Counted from the stretch's first letter, positions 50,419-61,112 are shown. The stretch: DNA of 64,000 bases from an uncultured Alphaproteobacteria bacterium (GCA_963777635.1 CAVZSB010000004.1:2096-66095), one strand, 5' to 3'. The notes: generated from the sequence alone by a model not told the origin. Program-made: numbers and translations.

Positions 50419-50907
50419 GCCGCCCGTCCGTCCGCGCCGCAGCGCGCGGTTTTCCACAATTGTGCCGCGGGCAGGCTTTCCCAGCCAAACGCATGGTCCG
50501 ATGGACCGTGCGCGGCCAAGATGCGCCAGCCGCTCCTTCGCCTCGGTCAGCGTCGGCAAATAACCCGCCGGCACCCACCACATGACGAAATGCGGACCTT
50601 CCATCGCGGCGAACCACTCCGGCCGGCGGCCATAAAAGCGCTTGTGGATGGTCTGCCACACAAACCGTTCCAGCGTTTCGACGCCTTCCCAGACCGACAT
50701 GTTGACGGCCATATTCGGATCGTCGAACGGCCGGATATTCGTGGCGTTGTTGCTCTCGTCCTTCAGCCGCCAGACAAAACCCTTGGTCCGCTCGGCGAGC
50801 GCATTGACCAGGTCAAGGTTGTTCATAAAATCGGCCATGCGCGGATCGTCGGTCGGATACCGCAGGCGTCCGACATTGAGCTGGGCGAGATGTTGCTTGG
50901 CGCTCAT
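50415..50907 (-). pseudogene. DUF3291 domain gene with an apparent 1-nt insertion near 50511..50520, fusing it in-frame to nuoG
   Basis: HLAQLNVGRLRYP...FVWRLKDESNNAT...NMSVWEGVETLERFVW...MWWVPAGYLPTLTEAKERLAHL in frame 0. The expected end AAHGPSDHAFGWESL...GRAA-TGA lies in the +2 frame, with the TGA overlapping the nuoG ATG. Confidence 0.75.
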
Positions 50908-50912
50908 GACGA

Positions 50913-52235
<1,323 letters not shown>

Positions 52236-52251
52236 GGTGTTATCCGCGGCC

Positions 52252-52920
52252 CTAGTCGGTTGTGCCGGCGACCGGCTTGGCAGCCGACGCTTCTTCGCTG
52301 CTCCGGACCGGCATTGTGTAGAGCGATGGATCGGTCAGCGTGTTCGGACCGCCGACCGGAGCGGAGTTTTGCCGATCGATTTGCGGGCCGGGCTTCGGAT
52401 TCCGCCCCGCTGCCAGATCGTTGAGGATGCGGTTAAGCGTCTCCGGCGTGAGATCTTCGTAATAGTCGGCATTGATCTGCACCATCGGCGCGTTGACGCA
52501 CGCACCGAGGCACTCAACCTCGGTCCAGGAGAACGTGCCGTCAGCGGTTATTTCGTTCTCATGGCCGATGGCGCGCTGCAGCACCTCTTTGAGCGCGCCG
52601 GCGCCGCGCAGCATGCACGGCGTCGTGCCGCAGAACTGCACGTGGAAACGGCCGACCGGCGAGAGATTGAACATCGTGTAGAAGGTCGCGACTTCGAGCA
52701 CGCGGATTTTCGCCATGCCGAGCAACTCGGCCGTTGCCTCGATCGCCTTTTGCGGCAACCAGCCGCCGCATTGCGCCTGCGCGCGCCACAGAATGGGGAT
52801 CACCGCGGATTGCTGACGGCCCGGCGGATACATCGCCATTCGCGCTTTCGCCCATTCGAGATTCTCCGGGGTGAAGGTGAAGCTCGGCGGCTGCTTTTCG
52901 GCAAGGCGGCGCACGGTCAT
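52252..52920 (-). CDS. nuoE: NADH-quinone oxidoreductase subunit E
   Basis: 2Fe-2S thioredoxin-like fold ([10 protein letters not shown]...CLGACVNAP) with a Pro/Ala-rich tail. Confidence 0.93.
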   Translation of the reverse strand: MTVRRLAEKQPPSFTFTPENLEWAKARMAMYPPGRQQSAVIPILWRAQAQCGGWLPQKAIEATAELLGMAKIRVLEVATFYTMFNLSPVGRFHVQFCGTTPCMLRGAGALKEVLQRAIGHENEITADGTFSWTEVECLGACVNAPMVQINADYYEDLTPETLNRILNDLAAGRNPKPGPQIDRQNSAPVGGPNTLTDPSLYTMPVRSSEEASAAKPVAGTTD

Positions 52921-54110
52921 CGGTCGACCTCCCCGAAAACCACGTCGAGGCTGCCGAGGATGGCTGAAACGTCAGCGAGCATGTGGCCGCGACAAATAAA
53001 ATCCATCGCCTGAAGATGCGCGTAGCTCGGCGCGCGAATCTTGCACTTGTACGGCTTGTTGCTGCCGTCGGCGATCAGATAGACGCCGAATTCGCCCTTC
53101 GGCGCCTCGACGGCGGCGTAGACCTCGCCGGGCGGTACGTGGAAGCCTTCGGTGTAGAGCTTGAAATGGTGGATGAGCGATTCCATCGAGCGCTTCATCT
53201 GCTCGCGGCGCGGCGGCGTGATCTTGTTGTCTTCGGCCACTACCGGACCCTGCGCGTCGGCCGCATGCAGTTTCTCGACGCACTGCTTCATGATGCGCAC
53301 CGACTGGCGCATCTCTTCCATGCGGATGCAGTAGCGGTCGTAACAGTCGCCGTTCTTGCCGACCGGAATATCGAAATCCATTTCGGAATAGCATTCGTAG
53401 GGTTGCGCCTTGCGCAAATCCCACACCGCGCCCGAACCGCGCACCATGACGCCGGAGAAGCCCCAGGCCCAGGCGTCTTCCAGCTTTACAACGCCGATAT
53501 CGACATTGCGCTGCTTGAAGATGCGATTCTCGGTGAGCAGTTCCTCAAGATCGTCGCATACTTTGAGAAACGGATCGCAGAAGGCGGCAATGTCATCGAT
53601 CAGTTTCGGCGGCAGATCCTGGTGCACGCCGCCGACGCGGAAATAGGCCGCATGCATGCGCGAGCCCGAGGCGCGCTCGTAGAAGCCCATCAGCTTTTCG
53701 CGTTCCTCGAAGCCCCAGAGCGGCGGGGTGAGCGCGCCGACATCCATGGCCTGCGTGGTGACGTTGAGAAGATGCGACAGCAGCCGGCCGATCTCGCAGT
53801 AGAGCACGCGGATGACCTGCCCGCGCCTGGGAACGGTGAGATCGAGCAGCTTTTCGGCCGCCAGGCAGAAAGCATGTTCCTGGTTGATCGGCGCGACGTA
53901 ATCGAGGCGGTCGAAATACGGGATCGCCTGCAGGTAGGTCTTGTGCTCGATCAGCTTTTCGGTGCCCCGGTGCAGCAGCCCGATATGCGGGTCGACGCGC
54001 TCGACCACCTCGCCATCGAGTTCAAGCACGAGGCGCAACACGCCGTGCGCGGCCGGATGCTGCGGCCCGAAGTTGATCGTGAAATTGCGCTCGCTCGTCT
54101 CTGCCATCAT
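52917..54110 (-). CDS. nuoD: NADH-quinone oxidoreductase subunit D
   Basis: [26 protein letters not shown]-terminus and ...[13 protein letters not shown]-terminus. Start ATG-ATG at 54105..54110. Confidence 0.95.
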   Translation of the reverse strand: MMAETSERNFTINFGPQHPAAHGVLRLVLELDGEVVERVDPHIGLLHRGTEKLIEHKTYLQAIPYFDRLDYVAPINQEHAFCLAAEKLLDLTVPRRGQVIRVLYCEIGRLLSHLLNVTTQAMDVGALTPPLWGFEEREKLMGFYERASGSRMHAAYFRVGGVHQDLPPKLIDDIAAFCDPFLKVCDDLEELLTENRIFKQRNVDIGVVKLEDAWAWGFSGVMVRGSGAVWDLRKAQPYECYSEMDFDIPVGKNGDCYDRYCIRMEEMRQSVRIMKQCVEKLHAADAQGPVVAEDNKITPPRREQMKRSMESLIHHFKLYTEGFHVPPGEVYAAVEAPKGEFGVYLIADGSNKPYKCKIRAPSYAHLQAMDFICRGHMLADVSAILGSLDVVFGEVDR

Positions 54111-54538
54111 GCAACCCGGGCGATCTTCGCGGCTTTCGCCGCAACGCGTGCGTTGAACTTGTCCCACATGACGACGAAGCGTTCGTGGCGGCCTTCGCCG
54201 ATGAGATCGACGCCGTCATGCGCGCTGACCTTGAAGGCGACGCGCTGGCCGACCACCTCCACGCACTCGACGTCGACGGTCACGGTCAAACCCGGCGGGG
54301 TCGCCGCGAGATGGCTCACATCGACGTGCACGCCGACGCTGCCTTCGCCGGCATCGAGATGCCCGGCCAAGAGTTCCGTGCAGGCCCACTCCATCAAGAT
54401 AATCATGAAGCCGGTGGCGAACACCTTGGGCATGGCGGCGATCACCCGCGACTCCGGGTAGGTGTAGGGAACGGTCTTGCTCTCCGCCACCGTGTAGGCG
54501 AGCCGATATGTGAGCCCGGGCTTGAGCGAAGGCTTCAT
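54107..54538 (-). CDS. hotdog-fold thioesterase (FlK-like) inserted between nuoC and nuoD
   Basis: 143 aa. ...[19 protein letters not shown]...[20 protein letters not shown]...[11 protein letters not shown]. Its stop overlaps the nuoD start. Confidence 0.7.
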   Translation of the reverse strand: MKPSLKPGLTYRLAYTVAESKTVPYTYPESRVIAAMPKVFATGFMIILMEWACTELLAGHLDAGEGSVGVHVDVSHLAATPPGLTVTVDVECVEVVGQRVAFKVSAHDGVDLIGEGRHERFVVMWDKFNARVAAKAAKIARVA

Positions 54539-54575
54539 CGTGACGACCTTTTCAAGACCCTGCTCAAGACGCTGC

Positions 54576-55199
54576 TCACGACCCTTGCCCGCCGCCGGTC
54601 TTTGCCGCCTTCTCGTCACCGGGAAGTACGTAGTCGGTGCCTTCCCATGGTGACAAAAAATCGAAGTTGCGGAATTCCTGCGCCAGACGGACCGGCGCAT
54701 AGACCACGCGCTTGAGCTCGTCGTCGTAGCGCACCTCGACAAAACCGGTAAGCGGAAAGTCCTTGCGCAGCGGGTGGCCGTCGAAGCCGTAATCCGTCAG
54801 CAACCGCCGCATGTCGGGATGACCGGTAAACACGACGCCGTAAAGATCGTATGCCTCGCGCTCGAACCAGTCGGCGCCGGGAAAGACCTCGATGATCGAG
54901 GCGACCGGCGCCCCCTCGTCGGTCTCGATTTTCACCCGCACGCGCACATTATGCTTCGGCGAGAGCAGGTGATAGACCACGTCAAAACGCCGTTCGCGGC
55001 CCGGCCAGTCGACCGCCGTGATATCGACGATGTTCCAGAACAGACAGTGCGGATCGTCGCGCAAGAAGCGCATGACCGAAACGATGTCGCCCGCCTCGGC
55101 CTGAACCGTCAGTTCGTGATGCGCTATCGCGTAGCCCTTGACCGAAGCGGCGAGTGCGCCGGCGATTGTTCGGCCGAGAGTGTCGAGGATCTCATCCAT
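54576..55199 (-). CDS. nuoC: NADH-quinone oxidoreductase subunit C
   Basis: NuoC sequence (...[35 protein letters not shown]...). Start at MDEILDT. Confidence 0.93.
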   Translation of the reverse strand: MDEILDTLGRTIAGALAASVKGYAIAHHELTVQAEAGDIVSVMRFLRDDPHCLFWNIVDITAVDWPGRERRFDVVYHLLSPKHNVRVRVKIETDEGAPVASIIEVFPGADWFEREAYDLYGVVFTGHPDMRRLLTDYGFDGHPLRKDFPLTGFVEVRYDDELKRVVYAPVRLAQEFRNFDFLSPWEGTDYVLPGDEKAAKTGGGQGS

Positions 55200-55201
55200 C
55201 G

Positions 55202-55774
55202 TCAGCGTTCGATCGTGGAGGTGCGGCGGATTTTCTTTTGCAGCAGGAGCACTCCGTAGAGGAGCGCCTCGGCGGTCGGCGGACAGCCCGGCACATAGAT
55301 GTCGACCGGAACGATGCGGTCGCAGCCGCGCACCACCGAATAGGAGTAATGGTAGTAGCCGCCGCCATTCGCGCACGATCCCATCGAGATCACGTAGCGC
55401 GGCTCGGGCATCTGGTCGTAGACCTTGCGCAGGGCCGGCGCCATCTTGTTGGTCAGCGTGCCGGCAACGATCATCACATCGGACTGGCGCGGCGAGGCCC
55501 GCGGCGCAAAGCCGAACCGCTCGGCGTCATAGCGCGGCATCGACATCTGCATCATTTCGACCGCGCAGCAGGCAAGCCCGAACGTCATCCACATCAACGA
55601 ACCGGTGCGCGCCCAGGCGATGAGATCGTCCGCCGCGGCGACGAGGAAGCCCTTGTCGGAAAGCTCACCGTTCAGGTTCGCAAAAAACGGATCGTCAGCG
55701 CCGATTGGCTTGCCGCTACGCGCCGAAATCAATTCCTGGCGCGGAGTTACGATCGCGGGCTCGCTCAGCTCCAT
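55202..55774 (-). CDS. nuoB: NADH-quinone oxidoreductase subunit B
   Basis: [10 protein letters not shown]...CPPT motifs. The start is ambiguous (55774 or 55795); both overlap the nuoA end. Confidence 0.93.
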   Translation of the reverse strand: MELSEPAIVTPRQELISARSGKPIGADDPFFANLNGELSDKGFLVAAADDLIAWARTGSLMWMTFGLACCAVEMMQMSMPRYDAERFGFAPRASPRQSDVMIVAGTLTNKMAPALRKVYDQMPEPRYVISMGSCANGGGYYHYSYSVVRGCDRIVPVDIYVPGCPPTAEALLYGVLLLQKKIRRTSTIER

Positions 55775-56142
55775 TCGAGCGCTCCCTTCTTCCATTCATA
55801 AACGAACCCGATCGTGAGCACCCCAAGGAACAGCATCATCGACCAGAAGCCGAACAGCCCGAGCTTGCCGAACGCCACCGCCCAGGGAAACAGAAAGCTG
55901 ACCTCGAGATCGAAAATGATGAAGAGGATGGCGACGAGGTAAAAGCGCACGTCGAATTTCATCCGCGCATCGTCGAAAGCGTTGAAGCCGCACTCGTACG
56001 CCGAGAGTTTTTCCGGATCAGGCTGCTTGTAAGCGAGAAGGAAGGCGGACAGCAGAAGCGCCACCCCGATAACAGCCGCGACCCCGACGAAAACGACGAG
56101 CGGCAAATAGGCAAGTAGCAATTGCTGGAGCGATTGAGTCAT
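55765..56142 (-). CDS. nuoA: NADH-quinone oxidoreductase subunit A
   Basis: 125 aa, three TM segments, YECGF motif, first gene of the operon. Confidence 0.93.
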   Translation of the reverse strand: MTQSLQQLLLAYLPLVVFVGVAAVIGVALLLSAFLLAYKQPDPEKLSAYECGFNAFDDARMKFDVRFYLVAILFIIFDLEVSFLFPWAVAFGKLGLFGFWSMMLFLGVLTIGFVYEWKKGALEWS

Positions 56143-56881
56143 CGGCAGCCCCTCTGGTCGGCCATCATCCCTACCTCAGGAACATGCCCCCCATGCGACG
56201 GCTCCGCCCGAGCCGGGACCGCGCCGTTTTGCCCCGATCGCTGCGGATTTCGCACTGGAAAACAGAACTTTCGTCCCTTAGCGCAGCGCACAAAAAGGTG
56301 CAAGCCGGGTCTGTGTAGAAGCGGCGGAGCTTCAGCGACCGGCAGGACGGTGCCGCTTCCTCACGCAGAATCGGCGGGATATGCGCTCTCCATAAAGTCA
56401 TGTCGTTGCCAAAACGTTCTTGCACCCCGCCGCGGGCAACCAGGAACCTGCGCAAGGGCTCTGGGATATGTCGGAAGCCATGCCGAGCATTTGAACGCAT
56501 CTGACTGATTCTTGATGGCGCTGGACTGAATGCCGCAGCCGAGAACCTGACGCCTTCTTAGCGGCGCCTCGATGTTGACCACTCGGCAACGAGGATGAGC
56601 GTGCCAACGGAGTTGGTCGGGAAGCGGCAAGGCCGAGACGGGCAGCCTAGCCGTGCCGTGCTGCGATTTCGCAACTCGTGCTTACACAGGACAGACGCCG
56701 CCGCGTGAAGCACGCGATCGGCTGTGCGGCCATGTCGCCTGCTCGGCAACAATAACTTCCGAATGTCGCTGGCATCGGCCCGGAGATTGGAAGTAATTTT
56801 GCAACGATTCTCTGGTCTGTGGGCGCTGCGCCTGTCGTCGAATTCTTTGGCCCCCGCAATTTCCACTATGGCAACATCGAA

Positions 56882-57227
56882 ATGAATGGGAATACCTGTC
56901 GATCGCCCTGCTCCACCTGCACGGTGGGTTCTGCGATTTGTTCAGCGCTGTCGCTTGGATCGCCACAGCCGTCGGAGCTCAAGCAGTCGTTGCGGCAAGC
57001 GCACCGTACCGCGCGAGGCGGTCGCGATATCTACTGCGCCGGCGAAACGACCGCCGACGCCCATATCATTTGCGACGGATGGGCGGCGCGCGTCAGCGAA
57101 ATGCCCGATGGCCGCCGCCAAATCGTGTCCTTCCTGTTGCCCGGCGATCTTGTGTCGGCCACCGCTTCTCTCGACGAAACCATGGATCTTTCGGTCGAGG
57201 CCATTACGGAGCTTCGCTACAGCCTAG
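56882..57227 (+). pseudogene. FNR/Crp-family regulator gene (N-terminal Cys cluster plus cNMP-binding fold), truncated by IS701-family insertion
   Basis: C-x3-C-x2-C-x6-C (CRSPCSTCTVGSAIC), then ...GRDIYCAGETTADAHIICDGWAARVSEMPDGRRQIVSFLLPGDLV... The frame runs into the IS end at 57224. No intact HTH is found downstream of the IS. Confidence 0.55.
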
Positions 57228-58673
57228 CACTACTTTGGCAAATTTTTGAGGTGTTGGGCGTTTTTGGGACTCCCGGAAGGCGTTTTGCGTGATTCATAGG
57301 TGGTCGGCATTACGAAGGGCCGACTATGGACGAGACCTGGAAGTCTGATCTTGACCGGTGGCTTTCACCTTTCCTCAGTGCTTTCCGACACAAGGTGCGG
57401 GCACGGATGTGCCCGGTTTATGTTGCGGGGCTGATTGGCGCTGGTGATCGCAAGAGCGTCCAGCCGATGGCGGCACGCGACGGCGAGGTGGGCTATGATC
57501 AACTTCATCACTTCATCGCCAGCGGCGTGTGGGACGCCGCGCCAGTTGAGAAGGCCCTGCTCGCCGAAGCCGACAGGATGGTTGGCGGTGGCGACGCTTG
57601 GCTGATTGTCGACGATACGGCATTGCCGAAAAAGGGCGAGCATTCGGTCGGCGTTGCGCCGCAGTATGCCTCGTCGCTCGGAAAGACCGCCAACTGTCAG
57701 TCGTTGGTCTCGCTAACGTTGGCGTCGCGCGAGGTTCCGGTGATGGTGGGCCTGCGGCTATTCCTGCCCGAAAGCTGGACAGATGATCCCGAGCGCATGG
57801 CGCGGGCTCGTGTGCCAGAAGATAGGCGGGCCGCTCTGACAAAGCCGGAGATCGCGATCGAGGAGATCGACCGCGTCATCGCCTCGGGCGCGCGTTTCGG
57901 ATGCGTCCTTGCCAATTCTGGGTACGGCTCCAGTGGGCCTTTCCGTCAGGCTCTGAGCGAGCGTGGTCTGCAATGGGCGGTGGGGTTGTCGCGACGCCAG
58001 AACGTCTATCCCGCCGACGTTACTCTGATCTTCCCCGTCGCAAAGGCCGGAAAGCCTCGCAAATACCACATCCCTAATCGGCCTCCAATCTCTGCTGAAG
58101 CGTTGTTGGCTGGAGGGAAATGGCAAAGGATCAGTTGGCGGCGGGGCACGAAAGGTCGGCTGACATGTCTCTTCGCCGCCCGCCGTGTCCGTGTTGCGGA
58201 TGGCCATAAGCATCGCATGCTCGATAATCGCATGCAGTGCATGCCGGGCGACGAGGTCTGGCTTGTCGGCGAACGCCGGTCGACTGGCGAGCAGAAATAC
58301 TATGTGTCGAACTTAGCGGCCGATGCGAGCCTCAAGATGCTCGCCGCCACGATCAAAGCCAGATGGGTCTGTGAGCAGGCGCATCAGCAACTCAAGGAGG
58401 AGCTTGGTCTCGACCACTTCGAAGGCAGATCCTGGACTGGGTTACACCGACACGCCTTGATGACCATGATCGCTTACGCCTTCCTCCAATCCCGCCGCCT
58501 CAAAGCAGCGGGACGGAAAAAAAAGAATCGGGGGACCGCCGCCACAGCCAAGCATGCCGGCCATCAGGCAAGCCATCCTCGACCTCTTCGCACGGCCTCC
58601 ACCCAGGCGATGTCCGCACTGTGAGAAACTCCTCGCCGACGCCGTCCAATCTAAAATGCCAAAGTAGTGCTAG
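57224..58673 (+). mobile_element. IS701-family insertion sequence
   Basis: Perfect 17-bp terminal inverted repeat CTAGCACTACTTTGGCA (57224..57240; reverse complement at 58657..58673). The outer CTAG is palindromic, so it may be a 4-bp target duplication instead, making the IS proper 57228..58669. Confidence 0.85.
57326..58624 (+). CDS. IS701-family (ISRso17/COG5659-like) DDE transposase, with C-terminal frame break
   Basis: ...AWLIVDDTALPKKG...ARWVCEQAHQQLKEELGLDHFEGRSWTGLHRH... After the A8/G5 runs (58517..58534), the sensible tail GGPPPQPSMPAIRQAILDLFARPPPRRCPHCEKLLADAVQSKMPK-TAG is in the +1 frame. It ends at 58667, inside the right IR. Confidence 0.85.
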   Translation: MDETWKSDLDRWLSPFLSAFRHKVRARMCPVYVAGLIGAGDRKSVQPMAARDGEVGYDQLHHFIASGVWDAAPVEKALLAEADRMVGGGDAWLIVDDTALPKKGEHSVGVAPQYASSLGKTANCQSLVSLTLASREVPVMVGLRLFLPESWTDDPERMARARVPEDRRAALTKPEIAIEEIDRVIASGARFGCVLANSGYGSSGPFRQALSERGLQWAVGLSRRQNVYPADVTLIFPVAKAGKPRKYHIPNRPPISAEALLAGGKWQRISWRRGTKGRLTCLFAARRVRVADGHKHRMLDNRMQCMPGDEVWLVGERRSTGEQKYYVSNLAADASLKMLAATIKARWVCEQAHQQLKEELGLDHFEGRSWTGLHRHALMTMIAYAFLQSRRLKAAGRKKKNRGTAATAKHAGHQASHPRPLRTASTQAMSAL

Positions 58674-58946
58674 GCAACAGACTCCCGGTTGGATGGGCCT
58701 TGACCGAGACCGACATTATCGGTCTGGGCAGAGCCGGTCGTCAAAGGCGACGCTAGCCGTTGCCGAAAAACCCACTTTGCCGCACGATCTAGCGGATCGT
58801 GCCCGTCAAAACCTAGAATCGGCATGTATCGATCATATGACCTATCATGTGACGGCGCGGGCGACGAAATCGGAAACTCACGTCGCCGCGTCGGCACGAA
58901 AGGTGTCACCGCGTCGGAGCGACTTCTGCTAAGTAATTGAAAACAC

Positions 58947-59023
58947 TGGCGGGAGCGACGGGACTCGAACCCGCGACCTTCGGCGTGACAGGCCGACGCT
59001 CTAACCAACTGAGCTACGCCCCC
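58947..59023 (-). tRNA. tRNA-Asp (anticodon GTC)
   Basis: Reverse complement reads GGGGGCGTAGCTCAGTTGGTTAGAGCGTCGGCCTGTCACGCCGAAGGTCGCGGGTTCGAGTCCCGTCGCTCCCGCCA and folds by hand into a cloverleaf. Anticodon loop CTGTCAC; encoded CCA. Confidence 0.93.
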
Positions 59024-59256
59024 GCGGGCGCGGTCCGCAATTAAGGCCCGCGTCGGCGCAAGTCAAGGATTCTAGCCTGGAATCGGCCTTTTTCGCTTGC
59101 CGTGTAGGTGCCGCGCAACATGTGCGAATGATGCAATATACGCGAAAACATCGGTGGAATCGGCAAAACAAGCGTGGTCAGTGGAAGCCGAATCGTCTAA
59201 TTGCATCGACATGACGGGCACTTTTGGCCCGCCATCGTTTTATCGAGGAGGGTCTA

Positions 59257-59550
59257 ATGGCGACCAAACCAGCCACAACAGTAACATTAAAGCATCTCGC
59301 GGCGAGTGTAGCAGAAGACAATGAACTTTCGAAGAAGCAGGCAGAAGCCATCCTCGGCGGTCTGGTCAGCCAGATCGTCAAGCATCTGAAAAAGGGCGAG
59401 CGCATCCGCATCGGCGGCCTCGGCATCCTGCAAGTGCGCAAACGCGCCGCGCGCATGGGCCGCAACCCGGCGACCGGCGAAGCTATCCAGATCAAGGCGA
59501 GCAAGAAAGTTGCCTTCCGCGCCTCAAAAGAACTGAAAGAAGCTATCTGA
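59257..59550 (+). CDS. HU family DNA-binding protein
   Basis: ...LSKKQAEAILGGLVSQIVKHLKKGERIRIGGLGILQVRKRAARMGRNPATGEAIQIKASKKVAFRASKELKEAI. Start at MATKPATT. Confidence 0.9.
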   Translation: MATKPATTVTLKHLAASVAEDNELSKKQAEAILGGLVSQIVKHLKKGERIRIGGLGILQVRKRAARMGRNPATGEAIQIKASKKVAFRASKELKEAI

Positions 59551-59754
59551 GGCACGACGAGACAAGAGCGGATGACGGAGATTTGGAGGACAGACACATG
59601 GTCCGTCCTCCGTCATCTGTCCTCTAGTGATCCGGTTGGACTGCTCCGCGTTGCGAGTAGACTAAAAGCTTCCGCCCAAATCGGGTCCAAACTTAGTTTG
59701 GCGCCGCCGTCTTCGCGGAATACGTCTCCGCGGAAAACGAGTCGGCGCAAAAGC

Positions 59755-59830
59755 TGGTGGGCGGTGACGGACTCGAACCGCCGACATCCTGCGTGTAAAG
59801 CAGACGCTCTACCAACTGAGCTAACCGCCC
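59755..59830 (-). tRNA. tRNA-Val (anticodon TAC)
   Basis: Reverse complement reads GGGCGGTTAGCTCAGTTGGTAGAGCGTCTGCTTTACACGCAGGATGTCGGCGGTTCGAGTCCGTCACCGCCCACCA. Cloverleaf folded by hand. Anticodon loop TTTACAC; encoded CCA. Confidence 0.93.
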
Positions 59831-60004
59831 TGCGGCGTGATTTATCCCTGCAACATGGCCGCGCGCAAGGGCAGGTTCCATCCGGTGCGCGATTGCCACA
59901 CAGCCGGTTAAAAAGTCACCAGCGTCGGCAGGAGAGTTACGCACGGCAGCGGGCTATGAGATAGTTGCCGTAGAGGCGCGCTTCCGCCCAGAGGGATCAA
60001 TCAA

Positions 60005-60301
60005 ATGCTTCGATCGTTTGTCTTAACGACTGCATTTTTCTTGACCGCGGCGACGCTGGCCTCGGCGCAGCCGCCACAGCCTCCGCCAGTGGGCCGCCCC
60101 ACCCTCCCGGGCCTCCCCAACTTAGGGCAAGGAAGCGAACAGGAGCGCGCCGCCTGCCATCCCGATGTGGTCAAGTATTGCAAGGAGCTGATCAAGGACG
60201 ACGCCAACGCCGATGTTTTTGCCATCCTGAACTGCCTGCAAACCAACCGGCCCAGGATCAGCAGAGCGTGCGGCGAAGTGCTCGCCAGTCACGGCCAGTG
60301 A
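60005..60301 (+). CDS. secreted protein with cysteine-rich-repeat-like motif
   Basis: Signal peptide MLRSFVLTTAFFLTAATLASA|QPP, a Pro-rich linker, then C-HPDVVKY-C...NCLQTNRPRISRAC. Confidence 0.6.
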   Translation: MLRSFVLTTAFFLTAATLASAQPPQPPPVGRPTLPGLPNLGQGSEQERAACHPDVVKYCKELIKDDANADVFAILNCLQTNRPRISRACGEVLASHGQ

Positions 60302-60376
60302 CCGTGCGCCTCTGCGGCACGCGCTCCGTATCCACCGCAGAGACTTTCCTGAATTCGATCCACCGCACAGACGGAT

Positions 60377-60580
60377 CTAATCCGGCGCGTGAAGCGCCGG
60401 AACGCTCGTAGCTTCATCCGCGTCGCGGTCGTCGGCTGCGGAATAGGCCACGTGATCGGCCAGCCGCACCCACGAGTGCGCCAGCGTCAGCCACAGCGCT
60501 TTGTCCTTGTCATCGTTCGAAGCCCGCGCCATCGCCACGCACTCTTCGGCGCATTTTCGATGATCCTGATCGGTCCCCAT
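60377..60580 (-). CDS. hypothetical 67-aa protein
   Basis: MGTDQDHRKCAEECVAMARASNDDKDKALWLTLAHSWVRLADH... No family recognised. Confidence 0.35.
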   Translation of the reverse strand: MGTDQDHRKCAEECVAMARASNDDKDKALWLTLAHSWVRLADHVAYSAADDRDADEATSVPALHAPD

Positions 60581-60876
60581 CACACACCATCCCGACAACG
60601 CTATCACCGGCAACGATTTGAGCCGGCAAGTGAGGCGGGGAATTGATCATCCCGTGGCCGAATGCGGGCCCAGTTTAGACCAATATCGGCGCCGGCTTTT
60701 TCGGCCAAAAAGTGCAGCGCACACACCTCGGTCCGGTTAAAAATACCTTAATAAACAGCGAAATAGCGGCATGCATTTAAATCTTAGCTGCACTGCACCA
60801 AAATCCATGGCGCAGTGCACACCGACCGCTATATTCGTTCCTACGATTCGGTTAGCCGGGGAAAGGAGATTGAATC

Positions 60877-61032
60877 ATGCTTACATCGATCGCACGCCTG
60901 TACCAGGCTTGGAAGCGTCACGAGACCGCCCGTCGCGAACTTTCGCATCTCAGCGACCGCGAACTGGCGGATATCGGTATCACCCGTTCAGACATCGAAC
61001 GGATCGCCAGCGAAGAGGCCGGACATAACTGA
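60877..61032 (+). CDS. DUF1127 domain small protein (51 aa; not in the ORF track)
   Basis: MLTSIARLYQAWKRHETARRELSHLSDRELADIGITRSDIERIASEEAGHN. It has a GGAAAGGAGA SD upstream and a hairpin terminator downstream. LSDRELADIGI.R.DI is the DUF1127 hallmark. Confidence 0.8.
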   Translation: MLTSIARLYQAWKRHETARRELSHLSDRELADIGITRSDIERIASEEAGHN

Positions 61033-61057
61033 TCTGCGAGGCATCGCGTGATCAAAG

Positions 61058-61088
61058 AGCGCCCGCCCACTTGGCGGGCGCTTTTTTA
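61058..61088 (+). terminator. Rho-independent terminator after the DUF1127 gene
   Basis: AGCGCCCGCC-CACTT-GGCGGGCGCT followed by TTTTTT. Confidence 0.8.
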
Positions 61089-61112
61089 CGACCGCTGAGT
61101 CCCAGTCGCCTC

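Noticed and set aside
48340-50907. A genuine 855-aa DUF3291-NuoG fusion protein.
   Set aside because: The 30 residues linking the two parts are nonsense. The proper DUF3291 C-terminus, with a stop overlapping the nuoG ATG, is present in another frame. A 1-nt indel explains the apparent fusion better.
56171-56500. 109-aa minus-strand ORF, and other 60-110-aa ORFs, in the nuoA upstream region.
   Set aside because: The translations are Arg-rich and motif-less, with no SD, and the ORFs overlap each other in several frames. The region is treated as non-coding.
58519-58525. A AAA AAG heptamer in the IS701 transposase as a programmed -1 frameshift site.
   Set aside because: The sensible C-terminal continuation (GGPPPQPS...CPHC...) lies in the +1 frame. 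The -1 frame gives nonsense. An indel or A-run slippage is more consistent than classical -1 frameshifting.
56143-58946. A tRNA-Asp-anchored genomic island bounded by a direct repeat of the tRNA 3' end.
   Set aside because: I found no copy of the tRNA-Asp 3' segment (GGGACTCGAACC...) elsewhere in the window and no integrase. Only a single IS lies next to the tRNA.
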